From positions 32,001-96,000 of the IMG/VR virus record IMGVR_UViG_2974511964_000001: a DNA stretch of 64,000 bases; one strand, given 5' to 3'. The notes under the pieces are model-generated. The model was not told the origin of the DNA, ran no database searches, and saw only the letters and a list, made by a program, of their open reading frames with translations. Source of the DNA: a virus (lineage: Duplodnaviria > Caudoviricetes). Positions 57,495 through 64,000 of this stretch are shown piece after piece; position 1 is the stretch's first letter; the number at the start of each line of letters is the position of its first letter. The position numbers and the translations under genes are program-made.

Positions 57495-57880
57495 TGGAAC
57501 AGCTAGATTTATTTGATACAACAACTAGTACAACTACTAAGAAGGTTACCCGTAAGCGTAAACGTAAGGTTAAGGTAACCACTACCACCACCACTACCAC
57601 TACACAGCCTATCAACCAGCTACTTGTTGATGAAGAGTCAAAGCTAAAAGAACTGTTATCTCAGCCCAAACAATTCGATGCTCTGAGAGGGGCTATAAGC
57701 TGGTTTAAGTCCAAACAGTATACTTGGTACTGTAACACGGTAGAACGTCCTGAGCGAGCTCTGAGGGGTCTTCAAAGCCATTTGAACGTGTCTGACGATA
57801 AATTTTATAAGATGTTGCTTAATGACAAGGTAATGGTAGGGTTAGCAAAAGGAACCTATTTAGTTTATTATAAAAAATGA
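57494..57880 (+). CDS. Hypothetical protein with Thr-rich and basic N-terminus
   Basis: QLDLF, poly-Thr, RKRKRK. Confidence 0.6.
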   Translation: MEQLDLFDTTTSTTTKKVTRKRKRKVKVTTTTTTTTTQPINQLLVDEESKLKELLSQPKQFDALRGAISWFKSKQYTWYCNTVERPERALRGLQSHLNVSDDKFYKMLLNDKVMVGLAKGTYLVYYKK

Positions 57881-57881
57881 G

Positions 57882-57911
57882 TTGACAAAGCATATCAGAA
57901 ATGGTATGCTT
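57882..57911 (+). promoter_or_regulatory. Hairpin promoter cassette, copy 6 (drives tnpB-1)
   Basis: TTGACAAAGCATATCAGAAATGGTATGCTT. Confidence 0.85.
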
Positions 57912-57944
57912 AATACATAGATTAAATTGAAAAGAGGTGATAAA

Positions 57945-59081
57945 ATGTATAAAGCATATAAAATTAGAATTTACCCTAATAGACAACAAGAAACACAAAT
58001 ATTATTAACATTTGGTCATACTAGATTTGTTTGGAACCAAATGTTAGCCATGCAACTAGAACGCTATAAGAATGGTGGTAAGTTTGTTAATGCTTTTGGT
58101 ATGAACTACCTATTGACGCAGTTAAAAAAGGAGTACTCGTGGCTAACTGAATCTCCTAATCAAAGCTTACAGCAGGTATGCAAAGACTTATCAGATGCTT
58201 TTAAAAATCTGTTTGGACATAGAGCGAATAAACCAAAGTATAAGAGTAGAAAATACCCAAAGCAGAGTTATAGGTGTAACCAGAGGATATCGTTAGTAGA
58301 CGGTCACCATATCAAGCTACCAAAACTTAAGACTGTGTACTACCGTTCTGGTAAAGAAATTAAAGGAAAAATTAAAAGTGTAACTATTCGTAAATCACCA
58401 ACAGGTAAATATTATGCTAGCGTTCTGACTGAAATAGAGATTAAACCTTTAGCGAAAACCAAACAAGAGGTTGGAATTGATATGGGAGTTAAGGATTTAG
58501 CAATTACTAGTGATGGTACTAAATACAGAACTATCCGCTTTGATAAGTTATTAGCTGATAAGAAGCATTATTGGGAAGTACGGTTAGCAAGACGCCAAGC
58601 GTTAGCTAAGAAAGAAATAGCATGGGATAAACACAATAGAGTATTAGAACCCAGAGAGTTATCAGATTTTAGCAACTATATGAAAGCCAAACTAATGGTA
58701 GCTAAGTACAGTGAGAAGATAGCTAATCAAAGGAAAGACTATCTTCATAAGATTAGTACTGAGTTAGTAAACCAGTATGATGTTATCAAGGTTGAAGATT
58801 TGAAAGCTAGCAATATGATGAAAAATCACAAGCTATCACGAGCGATTGCTAATCAATCATGGAGAGAGCTACGTTTGATGTTAGAATACAAGTGTGAGTG
58901 GTATGGTAAAAAATTAGTGGTTGTTAGCCCATACAAAACCAGTCAAATTTGTTCATCATGTGGATATGATGATGGCAAACATACCCTAGATGTTAGAGAA
59001 TGGGTTTGTCCTAATTGTGGAGCTAAGCATGATAGAGATATCAATGCAGCTAAGAACATTCTAAAAGCAGAAGCAAAGTAG
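57945..59081 (+). CDS. tnpB: TnpB RNA-guided endonuclease (IS200/IS605 family), catalytic triad intact
   Basis: KAYKIRIYPN, GIDMG (D), VEDL (E), TSQICSSCG..CPNCG..HDRDINAAKNI (D). Confidence 0.95.
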   Translation: MYKAYKIRIYPNRQQETQILLTFGHTRFVWNQMLAMQLERYKNGGKFVNAFGMNYLLTQLKKEYSWLTESPNQSLQQVCKDLSDAFKNLFGHRANKPKYKSRKYPKQSYRCNQRISLVDGHHIKLPKLKTVYYRSGKEIKGKIKSVTIRKSPTGKYYASVLTEIEIKPLAKTKQEVGIDMGVKDLAITSDGTKYRTIRFDKLLADKKHYWEVRLARRQALAKKEIAWDKHNRVLEPRELSDFSNYMKAKLMVAKYSEKIANQRKDYLHKISTELVNQYDVIKVEDLKASNMMKNHKLSRAIANQSWRELRLMLEYKCEWYGKKLVVVSPYKTSQICSSCGYDDGKHTLDVREWVCPNCGAKHDRDINAAKNILKAEAK

Positions 59082-59084
59082 AAA

Positions 59085-59222
59085 CACAATGTAAGGCTAG
59101 GGACTAGCCGTGGTAAAATAGTTATAGCCTCTGTATACTGCTAGTTTAGGGTATATAAGTTGTAATGTTCCCAGAAGCTCGTTACTTTAGCAACGAGTAG
59201 TTCATCAATCGTGCTATGCAGG
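59085..59222 (+). ncRNA. TnpB omegaRNA 3' part / IS605-type right end with putative guide
   Basis: GGCTAG-GGA-CTAGCC hairpin whose loop region can pair with TTCCC; terminal hairpin CTCGTT..AACGAG then TAGTTCA(T); guide approx. CAATCGTGCTATGCAGG. Confidence 0.7.
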
Positions 59223-59257
59223 AAGCTAATCACATCCGAAGAGAGGGTAGGGTAATT

Positions 59258-59593
59258 ATGCATAATTATGGTAGGACTAATAAATTTAAAACTGTTAAAA
59301 CAAAGAGCCTTAAAAATTACACCGGTATTAATGATGCCACAGGTGAACCAATCTATGTTGGGGATGTCGTTGAAAGAGTGCTTGATATGAGGAATGCATA
59401 CTCAGCAGGAGAAAATAGAGATAAAGAGAAATTCCCGGACTTTGATAAGATGGGTGAACCATTTAAGGTTAAGCGTGATTGCTACTTGTACGGCCATTGG
59501 ATTGCTAAAAGTGTAGCTGATGGCGACAAATTTGGTGTAGATGGGTTCCACTTTGGTAAAGAATTACTAAAAGTAAATGGAGGAAACAAATAA
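59258..59593 (+). CDS. Hypothetical protein (YopX-like TG..D.TG.PIY.GD motif)
   Basis: YTGINDATGEPIYVGDVV. Confidence 0.55.
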   Translation: MHNYGRTNKFKTVKTKSLKNYTGINDATGEPIYVGDVVERVLDMRNAYSAGENRDKEKFPDFDKMGEPFKVKRDCYLYGHWIAKSVADGDKFGVDGFHFGKELLKVNGGNK

Positions 59594-60711
59594 TGAAAGT
59601 AATTAGTACAGATAAAGCGACCTTCCGATTAATGGCCGGGGATGACTTAGTAGTAACAGATAACTTACCAGTAGGAACATACGAAGTGCAATTTTCTATG
59701 CGGCAAGGATATTGGTTAACTAAGCGAGATAATTTTGCTATTGGTAACAAGAAAGTATATGGCAACCAGCCAGAACGGATTAAGAAGATTTTTCATAACT
59801 TTAATAAACGTGATTCTAACTTAGGCGTTATGCTATCAGGAACTAAAGGTATGGGTAAAACTTTGTTCTCTAAGATGGTAGCTCAGGAAGCTATTAAAGA
59901 AGGTATCCCAGTAATTAATGTGGGTAACAATTATCCCGGTATTACTGATTTCTTAGATTCGATTAAGCAGGAAGCATTGGTTTTAATTGATGAATTTGAA
60001 AAACGATTCCCAGCTGATAGTGATGATAGTGATGGTCCTACTCAAAATGACTTCTTAACATTGTTAGATGGGACAGCATCTGCTAAGCATCTCTATGTAG
60101 CAACTGTGAACAATTTGCAACGGATTAATGAGTATCTAATTAACCGTCCGGGTCGTTTCTACTATCATTTTCGATTCAACTATCCTAGCTATGAAGAAGT
60201 TACTGCTTTGTTAAATGATGCAATTTCTGATGAAAACAAGGATAAAATCCCTGAGGTTCAGCGGTTAACCTCTAGTGTTAGCCTAAACTATGATGCTTTG
60301 TTAGCAATTGCTAATGAAATTAACGAAGGCTACGGTGTTAAAGATACTATTAGTGACTTAAACATTCAAGCTGATGGTAATTATGAAAGCTACAAAGCTA
60401 TGGTTACTTTTAAGAATGGTGAAACCTTTACAGTAAAGGCTTCTAATTCTAATGATGAAAGCACCATGTCAGTGTACGGGAAAGGCAATCAAACACCTAG
60501 GGAATGGTCAGCTAAACTCGAATTAGGTAAAGGAACTGTTAAACCTGATGGGACTATTGTATTCCTAAACAATGGTAAGGGTATTAGAAGTGCTAAGTAT
60601 GACGATGTGGGTAATAGCGATGAATGGAACGATACCTCTGAAAACCCGATTACTAAGGTTTTATTAAAGCGAGATGTTAAGGACAGTTATGCATTCAATC
60701 AGTTTTACTAG
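59593..60711 (+). CDS. AAA+ ATPase
   Basis: GTKGMGKT, LIDEFEK, LLDG, TVN, NRPGRF. Confidence 0.9.
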   Translation: MKVISTDKATFRLMAGDDLVVTDNLPVGTYEVQFSMRQGYWLTKRDNFAIGNKKVYGNQPERIKKIFHNFNKRDSNLGVMLSGTKGMGKTLFSKMVAQEAIKEGIPVINVGNNYPGITDFLDSIKQEALVLIDEFEKRFPADSDDSDGPTQNDFLTLLDGTASAKHLYVATVNNLQRINEYLINRPGRFYYHFRFNYPSYEEVTALLNDAISDENKDKIPEVQRLTSSVSLNYDALLAIANEINEGYGVKDTISDLNIQADGNYESYKAMVTFKNGETFTVKASNSNDESTMSVYGKGNQTPREWSAKLELGKGTVKPDGTIVFLNNGKGIRSAKYDDVGNSDEWNDTSENPITKVLLKRDVKDSYAFNQFY

Positions 60712-60726
60712 AATTTAAAATAAGTG

Positions 60727-60758
60727 TTGACAAGGGATACCAGAGATGGTATCCTTTT
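60727..60758 (+). promoter_or_regulatory. Hairpin promoter/terminator cassette, copy 7
   Basis: TTGACAAGGGATACCAGAGATGGTATCCTTTT. Confidence 0.85.
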
Positions 60759-60782
60759 AATATAGAAGGAGGGTATTACTTA

Positions 60783-61529
60783 ATGTTTAAATGGGTTAAG
60801 AAAGTAATGAATATCGGTGACAATAATAGCAATAATGACTTAAATGACAAAGGCTTACAGAGTGATTTAAATGACCTATATATTGTCTATGATAAAGTGA
60901 TTAATGATAAGCGCTTTGGCACTTGGGAAGACTCTTATGACTACCTAGAATCGTATGAGATTAAGAACATTATTTCTGATAGTATGAAGCTTACTAGCAA
61001 TCACCCAGAACTATTATTGCATTTGGGTAAGCTTAATGAGTCTGTATTTCAACTAAAGATGGCTACTACTGCTTTACTAGACATTTATGATAATAAGGAT
61101 AGCCTAGCTAAAGATGTGTATAAGCAACAGAAAAATGATGCAAAAGATGTTATTAACAAATTAGTACAGCGGATTGTAGACATTAATAAGACACTTTCTG
61201 GTATGTATAGAGATGATAACTCGTCTACCATTAGCTTTTTAAAGAAACAGATGGGTATAACTGTTGACAATCCCCAAGAAGAATATGAGAAATTTTATGA
61301 CTGGCTAGTTGTTGAGAAGTATCCCCGTCTGAACCCGGTCATTAAGTATTTATTGTTAGGAGCTAAGAAGGGTTACTATAGTGCAGATACACTAGAATCT
61401 GTCTTGTCAAATAACCCTACAATAGATGACCTAAAGAAAATAGTGGAATATCTTATTAATACTGATAATGACAATGAATTACGTATTAAGCTAAGAGACA
61501 AGGATTATGACGAGATTGTAAATTTTTAA
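60783..61529 (+). CDS. Helical protein, possibly XpaC-like partner of TelA; N-terminal part of a frameshift fusion
   Basis: Same transcription unit as telA; ends at A_AAT_TTT_TAA. Confidence 0.55.
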   Translation: MFKWVKKVMNIGDNNSNNDLNDKGLQSDLNDLYIVYDKVINDKRFGTWEDSYDYLESYEIKNIISDSMKLTSNHPELLLHLGKLNESVFQLKMATTALLDIYDNKDSLAKDVYKQQKNDAKDVINKLVQRIVDINKTLSGMYRDDNSSTISFLKKQMGITVDNPQEEYEKFYDWLVVEKYPRLNPVIKYLLLGAKKGYYSADTLESVLSNNPTIDDLKKIVEYLINTDNDNELRIKLRDKDYDEIVNF

Positions 61530-61562
61530 CTAAGGGAAGACGAGCTATCTTCACTAAGCTTA
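61520..61562 (+). promoter_or_regulatory. Programmed -1 ribosomal frameshift signal (A_AAU_UUU + pseudoknot)
   Basis: Heptamer 61520-61526; 6-nt spacer; stem GAAGA/UCUUC with loop GAGCU pairing to downstream AGCUU; -1 frame open to 62386. Confidence 0.65.
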
Positions 61563-62386
61563 ATGGTACTGGTGTATTCCCTACAGTAACGCCTACCTTA
61601 GTGCCGGATAGTTTCTTAGCCTTTGACGAGGCTAACAGTTACTTAGATAAACAGCAACGCTCATTAGACTATTTGGACCGTATTCAAAAATTGGCAGTGA
61701 TTACTAAAACTAGTATTGACATTAATAATACAAATGGGTATAATAGAGCAGTATATATTAATAAATTAAATCATCTTAGTAAGCTACCAACAACTAGTAT
61801 TGTGTTTACTAAATCAGCTCTTAAAGAACATGTGGGTAAGCCTATAAGTGTAGCTGAGTTTAAAGACTTAGCTGATGAGCTGAATAGTGATGATGACAGT
61901 ATGCAAGTGTCAGTTGAAAGTCAAGTTGGGCTACTAATAGTAGAACCACAATCCCAAGCAGAAGCTATGCGTAAACTTATTCGTAAATTTTGGGAACAAG
62001 GACATACCATGAATGGCGATTGGAAGGTTCCAATTGTTTCAGGTCAAGATGCTAAGTTTGTTAATATGAACATAAGCATGGGTGAGTCGAAAGGTGTAAC
62101 GAGTGACCAAGCCGAAGACCTTTATGAGCAAGTAAAGAAATTAACTAATGACCCAGAGTATGAAAGACAAATTGACAATAGGATTGAAAAAGCATACGCC
62201 AATAAACTGCGCTCTGATAAGTTTTTAAGAGAAGAAGACTTTACGGTATACCCTGAGTTCATGGATGGCACAAATAAGCAGATAGAGCATGCAGCGCAAC
62301 ACAATATTGATGCTATTAATAGTGTATTTCATACTAATACTGCTAAATTTGTAAATACTAAAGAAGAAAAGGATGAAGAATATTGA
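61526..62386 (+). CDS. C-terminal extension read in the -1 frame (annotated GTG at 61601 lacks an RBS)
   Basis: Open from 61526, in frame with 61601-62386. Confidence 0.6.
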   Translation, partial: LTKGRRAIFTKLNGTGVFPTVTPTLVPDSFLAFDEANSYLDKQQRSLDYLDRIQKLAVITKTSIDINNTNGYNRAVYINKLNHLSKLPTTSIVFTKSALKEHVGKPISVAEFKDLADELNSDDDSMQVSVESQVGLLIVEPQSQAEAMRKLIRKFWEQGHTMNGDWKVPIVSGQDAKFVNMNISMGESKGVTSDQAEDLYEQVKKLTNDPEYERQIDNRIEKAYANKLRSDKFLREEDFTVYPEFMDGTNKQIEHAAQHNIDAINSVFHTNTAKFVNTKEEKDEEY

Positions 62387-63471
62387 ATAATTTAATTATT
62401 AATGCTGATAACATGGAAAACTCAACAGTTGAGAATAATGAAGTTAGCACCCAAGTAGACAGCTTAGAATTAACTGATGACAGTATTGCTAAGTTTGGCT
62501 TAGATGTCCAACGTGGCGTTGGTGAATTAACTAGTGAAATCACCCAAAGTACCAAGAATAAGAATGCGGGGGAAACTGGTGAAGCAATTACCGCCTTAAT
62601 GAAAATTATTCGTGAAAACGGCAAAGAGGAAGACCAGGGTGGTAACATTATTACCCGTTTGTTCCGCAAAGGTAAGAACTCTGTATATAATATCCAAGCT
62701 AAGAATCAAGCGGTAGACAAATCTATTGATACTATTTCTACCAAACTATCAGATTCCCAGACTGAGCTGAGCCATGACAATGAAACACTAGACAAGATGT
62801 ATGAGCAGAACAAGCAACAGTTTCAAGCCTTAAATGAACTAGTTGATATTGCTCAGGCCAAATTAAATGAGCTAGAATCGTCTATTATTCCAGAGTTAGA
62901 TAACTACATTAAAACGACTAAGGATAGCGAGGATAAAATTAATGAGGCCACAATTAAGCTTAATGAATACCAGAATATGCAGTCAGCTTTGAGCCGTAAA
63001 CTTAATAATCTAATTGCTTCTCGCCAACTAGCGTTATTACGAGCGCCTAAGCTAAAGACTTTAAAGCAAACTAACTTAACAGTCATTGATAACTTACAGA
63101 GCTCAATTAACTTTGCAATTCCACTGTGGAAACAGCAAGCAGCAGATGCTATCCTATCTAGTCGTCAACAGCAGGCTATTGAGGTTCAGAAGTTCATGAC
63201 TGAGCAGACTAATAAGATGATTGTATCTGGGGCCAATAATGTTCGTAAGGCTACTTTAGAGGCTCAAAAGCAGAGCAATGAATCCTTTGTATCGGCATCT
63301 AAATTAACACAAGCTACTGATATCTTGCGAGATACTCTCGTACAAGTGCAAAGCTTACAAAAGCAAGGAGACTCTTTACGCAAACAGGAAGCTAAGGACT
63401 TGCTACAGTCTGGGGAACACATGAAAAGTGTGGCTTTAGACTTGATGAATAATAATAAACTAATTGAATAA
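62383..63471 (+). CDS. telA: TelA/YaaN toxic anion resistance protein
   Basis: I..FG...Q, L..DN..LD.MY.QN, L..K..NL, AIPLWK.Q, TN.MI...A. Confidence 0.85.
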   Translation: MNNLIINADNMENSTVENNEVSTQVDSLELTDDSIAKFGLDVQRGVGELTSEITQSTKNKNAGETGEAITALMKIIRENGKEEDQGGNIITRLFRKGKNSVYNIQAKNQAVDKSIDTISTKLSDSQTELSHDNETLDKMYEQNKQQFQALNELVDIAQAKLNELESSIIPELDNYIKTTKDSEDKINEATIKLNEYQNMQSALSRKLNNLIASRQLALLRAPKLKTLKQTNLTVIDNLQSSINFAIPLWKQQAADAILSSRQQQAIEVQKFMTEQTNKMIVSGANNVRKATLEAQKQSNESFVSASKLTQATDILRDTLVQVQSLQKQGDSLRKQEAKDLLQSGEHMKSVALDLMNNNKLIE

Positions 63472-63476
63472 AATAA

Positions 63477-63507
63477 TTGACAAAGCATACCAAAAATGGT
63501 ATGTTTA
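63477..63507 (+). promoter_or_regulatory. Hairpin promoter cassette, copy 8 (drives tnpB-2)
   Basis: TTGACAAAGCATACCAAAAATGGTATGTTT. Confidence 0.85.
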
Positions 63508-63539
63508 ATACATATATTAAATTGAAAGGAGGTGAAAGT

Positions 63540-64000
63540 ATGTATAAAGCGTATAAAATTAGAATTTACCCTAATAAACAACAAGAAGCACAAATATTAT
63601 TAACTTTTGGACAGACTAGATTTGTTTGGAATAAAATGTTAGATATGCAATTAGAACGATACAGGAATGGTGGTAAGTTTGTTAACGCTTTTAGTATGGA
63701 CTACCTATTGAAGCCACTGAAAAAAGAATATCCGTGGTTAACGGAGGCGCCTGCGCAAAGTCTACAACAGATATGTAAAGACTTATCAGATGCTTTTAAA
63801 AATCTGTTTGAACATAGGGCAGGCAAACCCAAGTATAAGAGCAAAAAGTACCCAAAGCAGAGTTATAGATGCAACCAAAGGATAATGTTAGTAGATGACC
63901 ACCATATCAAGTTACCTAAACTAGGTTCTGTGTACTATCGCTCTGGTAGAGAAATTAAAGGTAAGATTAAAAGCGTAACTATCCGTAAATCTGCTACCAA
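63540..64000 (+). CDS. tnpB: Second TnpB (5' part, runs off the window)
   Basis: MYKAYKIRIYPNKQQEAQILLTFGQTRFVWN..., closely similar to 57945-59081. Confidence 0.92.
   Translation, partial: MYKAYKIRIYPNKQQEAQILLTFGQTRFVWNKMLDMQLERYRNGGKFVNAFSMDYLLKPLKKEYPWLTEAPAQSLQQICKDLSDAFKNLFEHRAGKPKYKSKKYPKQSYRCNQRIMLVDDHHIKLPKLGSVYYRSGREIKGKIKSVTIRKSAT

Noticed and set aside
57945-59081. TnpB as a nuclease-dead TldR or as Cas12f
   Set aside because: All three RuvC acidic residues are present and there is no CRISPR array nearby.
31027-63507. Hairpin promoter repeats as IS605 left ends, MITEs or CRISPR repeats
   Set aside because: They fit TTGACA-17-(-10) geometry exactly, precede unrelated genes and are kilobases apart.
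3486-63593. Numerous short minus-strand and alternate-frame ORFs in the ORF track
   Set aside because: They overlap well-supported genes, lack RBSs and show no recognisable motifs.

Overview
A 64-kb segment of a large, AT-rich, virulent SPO1/Twort-like myophage (Herelleviridae-type gene order). The host is most likely a lactobacillus; Lactiplantibacillus is suggested by captured prophage-like DNA. Left to right: baseplate and tail-adsorption genes, holin and a secreted GH25 endolysin; a minus-strand pnuC-nadR-NUDIX NAD-salvage operon; about 1 kb of highly structured non-coding DNA; the replication module (Rep-like protein, helicase, SbcCD, primase, dNK, resolvase, HU, intron-split DNA polymerase, SSB, RecA/UvsX, sigma factor); virion accessory genes; and early accessory genes (NADAR, NDT, Pnkp-ligase, two TnpB, TelA). 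Main findings: (1) a compact NAD+-II-like riboswitch, with an RPPP-stop leader peptide upstream, controls the phage NAD-salvage operon, a candidate sensor-gated counter-measure to NAD-depleting defences. (2) The group I intron in pol appears to end in A instead of the near-universal G. (3) A glycosyltransferase resembling plant peptidyl O-glycosyltransferases lies beside mucin-like Thr-rich virion proteins. (4) A -1 frameshift signal (slippery site plus pseudoknot) fuses two ORFs upstream of telA. (5) Two transposase-less TnpB genes are driven by a dispersed family of hairpin-containing early promoters. (6) A large structured ncRNA or origin candidate. All calls were made by eye; no database searches or folding programs were run.
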